Shown here: in pieces, positions 7,481-16,690 of the stretch | Layout of the letters: the number at the start of each line of letters is the position of its first letter | Numbering within the stretch: the first letter of the stretch is position 1 | Assembly: GCA_019057375.1 (NCBI GenBank) | Contig: DXJF01000031.1 | Coordinates: 1 to 27,306 of the forward strand | From: Candidatus Heimdallarchaeota archaeon | GTDB taxonomy: Archaea > Asgardarchaeota > Heimdallarchaeia > Heimdallarchaeales > Heimdallarchaeaceae | Direction of reading: 5' to 3' | Length of the DNA: 27,306 nt | Program-made: the position numbers and the translations under genes | Notes under the pieces: model-generated | What the model was told of the DNA's origin: nothing | The model's input: the letters and a program-made list of their open reading frames with translations, nothing else | Database searches by the model: none

Positions 7481-10400
7481 ATGCACATAGATATGCAATC
7501 CAGTCCAAGCGAAAGATTCAGAGAGTTTTTTCAAGCATATCAAGATGAAAATGGGAGACATATTTATGTTGGACAAGTTCAAAAAATGTCTTTAGAAGGT
7601 CTTTTATCTCTTTTTGTAAATTATGATGATTTATTACGATTTGATCCCGAGTCAGCTAAAAAACTACGCGAAGAACCTGAACTTACAATCAAAGCTGCAG
7701 ATGATGCACTAGTAGAGGTTTTAAAGATTGAAGATTCAATTTATGCGTCTAGTGATGAAACTGAAGGTCTATTTCATGTTCGATTTTCAAATCTTCCAGA
7801 TTTAGTTAATCTACGTCGTTTACGATCAGTTCATTTAGGAAAATTGTTAGCTGTTGAAGGTATTATTATTCGTCAAACTGTAGTTAAACCTCTTTTGATT
7901 CAAGGAGTTTTCCAATGTGCTCGATGTGGAGAAGTTCATTATGTTTCTCAAGAAGGTGGATACTATACAGAACCAACTAAATGTGTTAATCCAAATTGTG
8001 GGAAAAACGGACCATTTAATCTTCTAACAGAAGAATCAACTTATACTGATTTTCAATCTATTACAGTGCAAGAAAAACCTGAAAGTCTTCCTCCAGGCCA
8101 AATTCCCCGTTCGGTTCCAGCTAGATTAATAGGCGATTTAGTTGATACTGTCAGAGCAGGTGATAGAGCAATCGTTTCAGGAATTCTCCGCATGAAAATA
8201 AAAGGAGTGCAAAGGGGAAAGCTGGCAACATTTGACCCTTGGTTAGATGTAAATTTTGTTTCATCTAGAGAAAAGGAGTTTGAAGAGATTGATATTGATC
8301 CAGAAACAGAACAAGAAATTTTAGCTCTTTCTACTGACATCAACATCCATAGAAGAATAATCAGATCTGTTGCCCCGTCGATTTATGGAATGGAGACAAT
8401 AAAAGAAGCTTTAGCTACAGTTCTGTTTGGAGGAGTTTCCAGAGTTGCTCCTGATGGTATGAAACAGAGAGGGGATTCTAATTTATTAATGATAGGAGAT
8501 CCTGGAGTAGCTAAATGTGTGCATGCAGAAACTAAGGTTTTACTAGTAAATGGTGAAACAAAGATAATAAAGAACTTAGTTGAAGAAAATCTAAAAAACA
8601 ATCAACACATAATTGATGATGGATTTTATGCAAAAGGAGCTTGTCCTATTTTAACATTGAACAAAAACGGAAAAATTGAAAATGCAAATGCTAACATTTT
8701 CTGGAAAAGAAAAACTCCAAATGAGATGTTTGAGATTAAAACATCTAGCGGAAAAGAATTAATTGTAACTCCAACTCATCCTTTCTACACAACATTAGGT
8801 GGTTTGATTTTATCAAGAAAAGCTATGAATGTAAAAATAGGAGAATTCATAGCATCTCCCAGAAAAATAAAAACTAATCCAGATGAGAAAATTAGATTGA
8901 GTATTAAAGAAGGAAAAACATCAGCTCAAAAAATTCGAATACCTACAGAAATAACACCTGAATTTTCTAGTTTCTTAGGATATATTTGTGGAGATGGCTA
9001 CTTACAAAAGACCAGCACATCATCATATGTTTGGTTTACAAATAATGAAGAATTTTTAATTAATGATTATATAAGATGTTTAACTAGCACATTTGGTGAT
9101 ATTAACTATACTGTAAGAGATTCACATAAGGGGAAGAGTGCAAAAGATGTTTACGTTTCTTCAATAGAATTAGGAAGAATTTTAGAGAAAATTTCTCCTA
9201 GTTTTTACGAGGGTGCATACAAGAAGATAGTGCCCAATGTTATTATGCGAGCTCCTAAAGGTTCAGTAGAAGCTTTTCTTAGAGCTTATTTTGACACTGA
9301 TGGTACCGTTGGAAGAGACAGATGTACAATATCTGCTACATCCGCAAGTAAACAGCTTTTACAGGATATTCAGCTACTTTTGAATCGGTTTAGTATAATA
9401 TCACAATTAGGATATACTCACTCAAAAAGTCAGTCATCCCCGCTACAGAAATATTATAGACTAAAAATTACATCTATAGAGGAGTTCAAAAGATTTAGAG
9501 ATTTAATAGGTTTTAATTCATACAAGAAAGATAGATTAGCTAGAAATTTAGATTCAAATACTAATATTGATGTAATTCCTGGTCTAAATAAGATTCTTTT
9601 AGAAATTAGAAAGGAATTGAATCTTTCTCAATCTCAAATGGGATTGATACGAAGTACTTACCAACATTATGAAAGAAATGACAGGAAACCTTCAATTCCA
9701 AGTCTTACAAAAATTGTTCGAGAGCTTCAAAAGTATGGACATAATGATAAAGTAGAAAGAATTGAAAAACTTCTAAATGCAGATATTTTCTGGGATAGAA
9801 TAATTTCAATTGAAAGATTTAAACCAGATTTTGAATGGGTTTATGATATACAAGTACCAGAAACTCATAATTTCATAGCTAATGGATTATTTGTTCACAA
9901 TAGTCAATTACTTCAATATGTTCATCGTCTTGCACCTAGAGGGTTACTTACATCAGGAAAGGCAAGTTCTGCGGCTGGTCTAACTGCAGCTGTTATCAGG
10001 GATGCTGAAACTGGAGAGTTTGGTTTAGAAGCAGGAGCTTTAGTATTAGCAGATAGAGGAGTATGTTTAACTGGTGATACAGAAATATTAATGTCTTCAG
10101 GAGAACTACTTCCAATTCAAGAAATAGTAGAAAATGATTTAGAAGGAGAAGTTATTTCCTTTAATCAACTTACATATGATTTGAATACAAACAAAATTGT
10201 TTCAAAATCGAAAAGAGAAAGTGAGAAAGTTTACAATCTAGAATTTTCTTCTGGTGAAATTCTCAAAGCTTCTGAAGAGCATCCTTTTCCAGTCTGGGAT
10301 AATGGTTTAATTTGGAAGAAAGCTGTTGATTTAAAGGAAAATGAAGTCATTATTGATTTCAGAAATTACCCTTTTTCAAAAAAACAGAAAAAAGAAGGGA

Positions 10401-13400
10401 TAGATAAAGAAATTACAGAAGATTTGGCTGAGTTATTAGGGTTAGTTGTATCTGACGGGAATCTATCAAAAGAAAAATATCGAATTACTTTCTATTCAAA
10501 ATCTATTGAATTACTGCAAAGATTCCGTGATCTGGTACATAGTGTATTTAACATAGAAGTTAAAGAATATACTGACAAAAGAAGCAACATTAAAAGGTTG
10601 TATTTTAATGATAAGGAAATACATCAGTTTCTTAAAAGTCTTGGAATTCCTAATGAAAACAAATCAAAAAGTAGGTGTGTACTAAAAGAAATTCAAAATT
10701 CGTCTTCGGATATTGTTCAATCTTTTATAGCAGGAGTAATCAATGGAGATGGATCTATTTCCAACAGAAAATCTGGTGGTATAGTTGACATAGTTATTGG
10801 AAATAAGGAAACAGCTGAATTTTACAAAAAACTATTCAGAAAAATAGGGATTATAGCAAAAATAAATAAAACTATTCAAATGGGAGGAGGAGTTGTTAAG
10901 AAAGGCGTATATCTCACCTATAAAATATCCATAACAGGAGTATCAAATATCCAAAAATTAGACTCATCTAGATTAATCTCATACAAAAAAGATAATTACT
11001 TCAAGATTACAACACGACAAGATAAATTTGATAAGATCTACAAAATTGATAAATTAATCAAGTCTCTTTCAGAACAAATACCACATGGACATAAACACAT
11101 TTTATACAATAATAGCATTAGAAAAAGTCAACTCAGCAAGGTAGGTATTAATAGAAAAAACTTAGTAAATGCATTGGAACAGTTAAGCAAAATTGAGGGT
11201 ATTCAAGAAAGTTCCGAATACAAAAATCTTCAAAGGATAATATCGAAGAATTTGAGTTTTATTATTCTTAGAAAGAAGAAAAAAATACAATCTCAAACAG
11301 TCTATAACATTCAAATAGCAAATGATGAAACATATTTTGCGAACTTTATACTTGTTCATAATTGTATGATAGATGAGTTCGATAAAATGAATCCAACTGA
11401 TAGATCCTCAATTCATGAAGCGATGGAACAACAATCTTATCATCCAAGTTTTGAAATATCATTTCTGGACGGTCAAAAACAACAAATTGGAAGTTTTGTT
11501 GATAATCTTTTCAAAGAAAATGAGGAATCTAAAATCATCGGTAAAGATTGTGAAATACTTCCTGTAGAGAATCATGGTTTCAATGTTTTAACTACAGATT
11601 TCAAGACTATTTATGATACAAATGTCAATAGGATTAGTCGACACCTAGCTGCTGATCATTTTATAAAAATCACATATTCAAATGGTAGAGACATTATAGT
11701 AACTCCTGAACATCCAATTTATACAATGCACAGTGGAGAAATTCAAATTGTCGCTGCAGATAAGGTAATGGAAAATATGTTTGTTCCAGGAGTTCGATAT
11801 TTAGATAATAGAAACAGCTCTTCATTAGTAACAGACTTCTCAAGAGGAAGAAAGAATGTAACACTTCCAGATACTATTACTAATGATTTTGCAAAATTCT
11901 TGGGTTACTATATCGCTGAAGGATATTCGTATAAAGGTTCTTCATTAGAAGTAGGGTTAAGCAATACTGATCCCAAAATAGGAGAGGATATGATCAGTAG
12001 CATTAGAAATACATTCAATACTGAACCAATTAATAATGTTGAACAAAACAGAACAATTCGAATAATTTCTACCGACATTTATAATTATTTAACCGAAAAC
12101 TTCCCTAAAACAATGCAAAAAAGTTATATCAAACGAATTGATAAAAAAATATTTTGCATAGATGAGAGCATGAGAATTGAATTCCTCAAAGCTGCATTTG
12201 CTGGAGATGGTTCTGTAGAAAGCACCTCCATTGCATATTCTACATCATCTAAGGGATTAGCTCATGATTATCAAGATCTACTTTTAACTCTTGGAATTAG
12301 TTCTCGAATTACCAGCGAAGAGTATTCCTTTGGTAAAGACAAGGAGCACCACAGAACTAGATACAAGGTATATATCAGAGGTGATAGTTTGGAAAAGTTC
12401 AGTTCTCAAATAATTGGAGAACCAGAAACAAATCCAAAACTAATGAAACTGCTAATTCAGAATAGAAATTCAAATAGAAAGCATGACGTTCTTCCTCCAG
12501 ATGTTGCCAATATCATTATAGATTCTCTTCATCACCTTGGATTAAGTTATGATGGTTATTTCTATCAACATCTGAAGTACAATTATGGTATAACAGTAGA
12601 GGTCATCAGTAAATACTATGACAAATTAACTAGGAGATATTATCTACTTCTGAGTAAAATTAGACAAACTAAAACACCCAAAGAGCTTAGAGTTCTAGTA
12701 GGGTATTCATTAAGCAAGATGGCTAAGCTTGTTGGAATTTCTAGAGGTACATTATCAAAATATGAACAAATTAATAGGTCAGATTTACTTCCCAAATATA
12801 AACAAGTGATAGAAAATCAGTTAGAAAAGGTGAAAGACGGATTAGTAAGGATTGATTATCTTCGAGATTTCAGATGGTTGAGAATTAAGAAAATTGAAAA
12901 AATAAAGAATGAAGGAGAATATGCAACTAAGTGGGTTTATGATGTCACAATTGAGCCAACAGAGAATTTCATAAGTCACGGACTTGTTCTTCATAATACC
13001 GTCAGTATAGCAAAAGCTGGTATTGTCGCTCAACTCAATGCAAGAACAGCAATTATTGCAGCTGCTAATCCTCGTTTTGGAAGGTATGAAGATTCTCGCC
13101 CTCCTGTTGAGAACATTAATCTCCCCCCAACTATTTTATCGCGTTTTGATTTAATCTATATTATTCGCGATGAACCAGATGTAGAGACAGATAAAAGAAT
13201 GGCTAGACATATCTTGGAATTACGAAGAGGTCATGTTATTGAAGATACTGAACCTACAATTAATATGGATCTGTTAAGAAAGTATATCAGTTATGCAAAA
13301 CAACACGTTCAACCCGCTCTTACTGATGATGCTATGGAGAGAATTGAGCAATTTTACTTAAACCTTAGAAAAGAATCAGATGATTCATCTGCAATTGCCA

Positions 13401-13798
13401 TAACCCCAAGATACCTAGAAGCTATTATTCGTTTATCTGAATCACAAGCAAGAATGGCTCTTAAAGAAGATGTAACCATAGATCATGTTGAAGCAGCTAT
13501 AAATCTCCTAAGAACTTCATTAGAGCAAGCTGGTAAAGACCCAATTACCGGTCGAGTTGATATAGATTATCTTTTGTCTGGTACAACTAAGACTTCACGT
13601 TCTAAAATGCAAATAATCATTGATATTATGAAAGAAGAATCGAGAGTGGGAAGCTCAGACGTTGTTTCGATAAGAAGAATAAAAGAACTAGCTAAAGATC
13701 AGAATATAGATGATGAATTCGTAGACAGAGTAATTAATCAACTTCGTAGTAATGGAGAGATTTATTCTCCAAGTGATGGTTTTGTGAAATTAGCTTGA
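7481..13798 (+). CDS. mcm: Replicative helicase MCM precursor with three inteins (mature protein about 689 aa)
   Basis: N-terminal domain with a C4 zinc finger (CARC...CVNPNC). Exteins reconstruct GDPGVAK|SQ (Walker A), LADRGV|CMIDEFDKM (Walker B), HEAMEQQ|TVSIAKAG, AAANP and ILSRFDL (arginine finger), plus a C-terminal winged-helix-like region. Confidence 0.97.
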   Translation: MHIDMQSSPSERFREFFQAYQDENGRHIYVGQVQKMSLEGLLSLFVNYDDLLRFDPESAKKLREEPELTIKAADDALVEVLKIEDSIYASSDETEGLFHVRFSNLPDLVNLRRLRSVHLGKLLAVEGIIIRQTVVKPLLIQGVFQCARCGEVHYVSQEGGYYTEPTKCVNPNCGKNGPFNLLTEESTYTDFQSITVQEKPESLPPGQIPRSVPARLIGDLVDTVRAGDRAIVSGILRMKIKGVQRGKLATFDPWLDVNFVSSREKEFEEIDIDPETEQEILALSTDINIHRRIIRSVAPSIYGMETIKEALATVLFGGVSRVAPDGMKQRGDSNLLMIGDPGVAKCVHAETKVLLVNGETKIIKNLVEENLKNNQHIIDDGFYAKGACPILTLNKNGKIENANANIFWKRKTPNEMFEIKTSSGKELIVTPTHPFYTTLGGLILSRKAMNVKIGEFIASPRKIKTNPDEKIRLSIKEGKTSAQKIRIPTEITPEFSSFLGYICGDGYLQKTSTSSYVWFTNNEEFLINDYIRCLTSTFGDINYTVRDSHKGKSAKDVYVSSIELGRILEKISPSFYEGAYKKIVPNVIMRAPKGSVEAFLRAYFDTDGTVGRDRCTISATSASKQLLQDIQLLLNRFSIISQLGYTHSKSQSSPLQKYYRLKITSIEEFKRFRDLIGFNSYKKDRLARNLDSNTNIDVIPGLNKILLEIRKELNLSQSQMGLIRSTYQHYERNDRKPSIPSLTKIVRELQKYGHNDKVERIEKLLNADIFWDRIISIERFKPDFEWVYDIQVPETHNFIANGLFVHNSQLLQYVHRLAPRGLLTSGKASSAAGLTAAVIRDAETGEFGLEAGALVLADRGVCLTGDTEILMSSGELLPIQEIVENDLEGEVISFNQLTYDLNTNKIVSKSKRESEKVYNLEFSSGEILKASEEHPFPVWDNGLIWKKAVDLKENEVIIDFRNYPFSKKQKKEGIDKEITEDLAELLGLVVSDGNLSKEKYRITFYSKSIELLQRFRDLVHSVFNIEVKEYTDKRSNIKRLYFNDKEIHQFLKSLGIPNENKSKSRCVLKEIQNSSSDIVQSFIAGVINGDGSISNRKSGGIVDIVIGNKETAEFYKKLFRKIGIIAKINKTIQMGGGVVKKGVYLTYKISITGVSNIQKLDSSRLISYKKDNYFKITTRQDKFDKIYKIDKLIKSLSEQIPHGHKHILYNNSIRKSQLSKVGINRKNLVNALEQLSKIEGIQESSEYKNLQRIISKNLSFIILRKKKKIQSQTVYNIQIANDETYFANFILVHNCMIDEFDKMNPTDRSSIHEAMEQQSYHPSFEISFLDGQKQQIGSFVDNLFKENEESKIIGKDCEILPVENHGFNVLTTDFKTIYDTNVNRISRHLAADHFIKITYSNGRDIIVTPEHPIYTMHSGEIQIVAADKVMENMFVPGVRYLDNRNSSSLVTDFSRGRKNVTLPDTITNDFAKFLGYYIAEGYSYKGSSLEVGLSNTDPKIGEDMISSIRNTFNTEPINNVEQNRTIRIISTDIYNYLTENFPKTMQKSYIKRIDKKIFCIDESMRIEFLKAAFAGDGSVESTSIAYSTSSKGLAHDYQDLLLTLGISSRITSEEYSFGKDKEHHRTRYKVYIRGDSLEKFSSQIIGEPETNPKLMKLLIQNRNSNRKHDVLPPDVANIIIDSLHHLGLSYDGYFYQHLKYNYGITVEVISKYYDKLTRRYYLLLSKIRQTKTPKELRVLVGYSLSKMAKLVGISRGTLSKYEQINRSDLLPKYKQVIENQLEKVKDGLVRIDYLRDFRWLRIKKIEKIKNEGEYATKWVYDVTIEPTENFISHGLVLHNTVSIAKAGIVAQLNARTAIIAAANPRFGRYEDSRPPVENINLPPTILSRFDLIYIIRDEPDVETDKRMARHILELRRGHVIEDTEPTINMDLLRKYISYAKQHVQPALTDDAMERIEQFYLNLRKESDDSSAIAITPRYLEAIIRLSESQARMALKEDVTIDHVEAAINLLRTSLEQAGKDPITGRVDIDYLLSGTTKTSRSKMQIIIDIMKEESRVGSSDVVSIRRIKELAKDQNIDDEFVDRVINQLRSNGEIYSPSDGFVKLA
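8516..9901 (+). mobile_element. MCM intein 1 (462 aa, in Walker A), with LAGLIDADG homing endonuclease and HTH
   Basis: Starts CVHAETKV; block B IVTPTHPF; FLGYICGDG and FLRAYFDTDG endonuclease motifs; ends VYDIQVPETHNFIANGLFVHN; +1 residue is Ser. Confidence 0.95.
10064..11362 (+). mobile_element. MCM intein 2 (433 aa, just before Walker B), with LAGLIDADG homing endonuclease
   Basis: Starts CLTGDTEI; block B KASEEHPF; LLGLVVSDG and FIAGVINGDG motifs; ends VYNIQIANDETYFANFILVHN; +1 residue is Cys. Confidence 0.95.
11435..12997 (+). mobile_element. MCM intein 3 (521 aa, after MEQQ), Ser-initiated, with LAGLIDADG homing endonuclease and HTH
   Basis: Starts SYHPSFEI; block B IVTPEHPI; FLGYYIAEG and FLKAAFAGDG motifs; ends VYDVTIEPTENFISHGLVLHN; +1 residue is Thr. 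Confidence 0.93.
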
Positions 13799-13815
13799 TA
13801 GTACGTGGTTGAATA

Positions 13816-16065
13816 ATGAAAATAGAGGATCTTCCATTACCTGACATTATCAAAGAGAAATTAATCACAGATGGAATATCCTCGCTATACCCACCACAAG
13901 AAGAAGCAATCAAAAAAGGCCTTTTTGATGGAACTAATTTAGTTGTCGCAATCCCTACAGCTTCTGGAAAAACCTTACTTGCATTATTTGCAAGTATCAA
14001 AAAACTTACTGAAACTGGGTTAAAAACACTATATCTCTCACCTTTGAGGGCTTTGGCTTTTGAGAAATATATGGAGTTCAAATCTTTTCTTGATTTGTTA
14101 AATAAAAGAACTATTTTGCTTACAGGAGATTATGATGAGGAAGATACAAGAGCCCAATATGCTGATGTTATTATTGCTACGAATGAAAAAATAGATTCAG
14201 CTATAAGGCATCAAGCACGATGGATTAACAAGATTGGATTAATTGTTTCAGATGAAGTGCATCTAATTAATGATTCATCAAGAGGTCCTACTTTAGAAGT
14301 AGTAATAGCACAATTAAGACAAGTCTGCGATGCACAGATTCTAGCTCTAAGTGCAACTATTCGAAATGCTGATCAAATAGCTCGGTGGTTGGAAGCTGAG
14401 CTTGTTTCAAGTAATTGGAGGCCTGTCAAACTAAATGAAGGAGTCCTTTTTGATAGAACCATAGTTTATGGTGATGGTACTGAAGTTACCATTCCTTCAA
14501 AGCTCAAGGATAGTTTCAATAATCTTACTGATTACATATTAAGCAAGAAAAATCAAGCATTAGTCTTTGCCACAACTAGAAACATGGCAGAATCTACAGC
14601 TAAGAATCTAGCTTCTAGGATAAATAAAACTCTTTCAAAAGAAGAAAAAGTGAAACTAAATGCAACGTCTTCAGAGATTCTAAATACAGGAGAACAAACA
14701 AAACAATCACGAGGTTTAGCACAGCTTGTTAGAAATGGTGTTTCCTATCATCATGCAGGATTAAATTCAGCGCAAAGAAGAATTATTGAACATAACTTCA
14801 AGCAAGGGAATATCAAAATTATTAGTGCTACACCCACGTTGGCAGCTGGAGTCAATTTACCTGCTAGGTATGTTATCATTAAGAGCATCTACAGATATAA
14901 TGTCACTTTAGGAAGTTATCCGATTCCAGTGTTAGAATTTAAACAACAATCAGGAAGAGCTGGAAGACCTCAATATGACAAAGAAGGGGATGCTATTGTT
15001 ATTGCAAAGAATGAATTTGATGCAACTAATCTTTATCAAACCTATATTACTGGAGAAGTAGAAGATATTGAATCCAGAATCGCTGCTGAACCAGCCTTAC
15101 GTAAAATAGTTTTGGGGCAGATTTCGACAGAGAACACTCAAACTATTGAAGAACTACATGAATTCTTTGGTCAAACATTTTATGGATATCAGCAAGATTC
15201 CTCAAATCTAAGTTCTATTCTGAACAAAGTTGTAAGATTTTTACAAGAAGAAGCACTTATAGTCGATGATCCTGATTATTTAATTCCAACAAACTTTGGT
15301 AAAAGAGTGAGTCAACTTTATATCGATCCAAAGAGTGCAATTGTTATACGAGAGGGGCTCATCAAAGGAAATATAAAATCTAAGCATTATTTAACTGACC
15401 TAAGTTTTCTCCAATTAGTTTGTTCAACTCCTGATGTTCGTTTTTTGACCATAAGAAAGGATGAACAGATTAATCTAGTCAACTTCATAAGTGACCATGA
15501 AGAGGAGTTTTTAGCCAACCTCCCGGAAACATCATTTGATTTAGAGTTATTCATGAGTCAATTGAAGACTTCTCTTGTTTTGCAAGATTGGATTAAAGAA
15601 GTTCCTGAAGATATTATGCTAGACAGATACAGAATAGGCAGTGGAGACATTTACATGGTTGTTTCTAATGCAGAATGGCTTCTTTATGCTTCTTCTGAGA
15701 TATCAAAATTATTGGGTTACAAGGATATGGCTATGCAAATTTCAGCAGTTCATAATCGAGTAATAAATGGAATAAAACAAGAATTACTAGACTTGGTTCA
15801 GATTCCAGGAATAGGAAGAGTGAGAGCTAGAGCACTTTATGATAAAGGGTATAGAACAAAAGAAATTCTGAAAGAAACAAATCCAAATAAAATTATGAAG
15901 ATTTCTGGTTTTGGTAAAGAACTCATTAAGAACATCTTTTCTCATCTTTTAGGTGATGGTTTTTCAGAAACTGAACTTGCAGAAGACTCTATGCAAGAAG
16001 AAAGAGCAGAAGAAGATTATAGTACTACACTTCCTCAAAAATTACTAGATGACTTTTTTTCCTAG
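13816..16065 (+). CDS. hel308: Ski2-like superfamily 2 DNA helicase Hel308/Hjm
   Basis: Q motif LYPPQ, AIPTASGKT, DEVH, LSAT, HHAGL, ATPTLAAGVNLPA, QQSGRAGRPQYD, and a C-terminal HhH IPGIGRVRARALY. Acidic tail ends QKLLDDFFS. Confidence 0.95.
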   Translation: MKIEDLPLPDIIKEKLITDGISSLYPPQEEAIKKGLFDGTNLVVAIPTASGKTLLALFASIKKLTETGLKTLYLSPLRALAFEKYMEFKSFLDLLNKRTILLTGDYDEEDTRAQYADVIIATNEKIDSAIRHQARWINKIGLIVSDEVHLINDSSRGPTLEVVIAQLRQVCDAQILALSATIRNADQIARWLEAELVSSNWRPVKLNEGVLFDRTIVYGDGTEVTIPSKLKDSFNNLTDYILSKKNQALVFATTRNMAESTAKNLASRINKTLSKEEKVKLNATSSEILNTGEQTKQSRGLAQLVRNGVSYHHAGLNSAQRRIIEHNFKQGNIKIISATPTLAAGVNLPARYVIIKSIYRYNVTLGSYPIPVLEFKQQSGRAGRPQYDKEGDAIVIAKNEFDATNLYQTYITGEVEDIESRIAAEPALRKIVLGQISTENTQTIEELHEFFGQTFYGYQQDSSNLSSILNKVVRFLQEEALIVDDPDYLIPTNFGKRVSQLYIDPKSAIVIREGLIKGNIKSKHYLTDLSFLQLVCSTPDVRFLTIRKDEQINLVNFISDHEEEFLANLPETSFDLELFMSQLKTSLVLQDWIKEVPEDIMLDRYRIGSGDIYMVVSNAEWLLYASSEISKLLGYKDMAMQISAVHNRVINGIKQELLDLVQIPGIGRVRARALYDKGYRTKEILKETNPNKIMKISGFGKELIKNIFSHLLGDGFSETELAEDSMQEERAEEDYSTTLPQKLLDDFFS

Positions 16066-16102
16066 AGTAAAATAATTTAAAAGGATTGAATTAAGAGTAA
16101 TA

Positions 16103-16675
16103 GTGGTAACATTGACTTCTGATAATCGGATATTAAGTGAGTTGGAAAGAATTCAATATGATTTTGAGGACTTTGATATTCCAGTAAAATGCTTGAAAAC
16201 TATGGGAGAGTTTGACATAGGCGCTAAAAAAGTAAAATTAGTAAAGGGATTGAAAATCAAAATGCCTTTCTGGTTAGCCACATTTCTACAAAAAGAAGGA
16301 TATGTTGAATTGGAAGAAATAGGAGAATTGGATTTTCCCGAACTCTACAAGCTAGCCATAAAGGAAGGAGAAAATATCAATCTTCAGAAGATTAACAATT
16401 TCTTCTATATTCTCATGAAACAATTATTTGATGATTACGAAAAAAAGGGAAAAGCTGTTCCTTATCGTCAAAAAGAATCCCTTGAGATAAAACTTAGAGA
16501 TTTAATGACGATGCGATTATCAAAAATCATCAAGATTGCAGGTAAAGGAAAAAATATCACAACTCAAATCAGAAACATGACACCTGAAGAAAAATGGTTG
16601 TATGACTCTGTTTCTAAATTTATCGAAAAATGGAAAGATATGGTAAAATCATCAACTGAAAATGAGGATAATTAA
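16103..16675 (+). CDS. gins23: GINS complex subunit, Gins23 (Psf2/Psf3-like, B-domain before A-domain)
   Basis: N-terminal beta domain KGLKIKMPFWLATFL..EGYVE, then a helical domain with FFY, RLSKIIKIA and NMTPEEKWLY; located near mcm. GTG start. Confidence 0.75.
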   Translation: MVTLTSDNRILSELERIQYDFEDFDIPVKCLKTMGEFDIGAKKVKLVKGLKIKMPFWLATFLQKEGYVELEEIGELDFPELYKLAIKEGENINLQKINNFFYILMKQLFDDYEKKGKAVPYRQKESLEIKLRDLMTMRLSKIIKIAGKGKNITTQIRNMTPEEKWLYDSVSKFIEKWKDMVKSSTENEDN

Positions 16676-16690
16676 TTAAGCAAAATTTAT

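Noticed and set aside
6540-8601. ORFs 6540-6722 (+), 8053-8346 (-) and 8383-8601 (-)
   Set aside because: Short antisense shadows inside the hydrolase and mcm genes.
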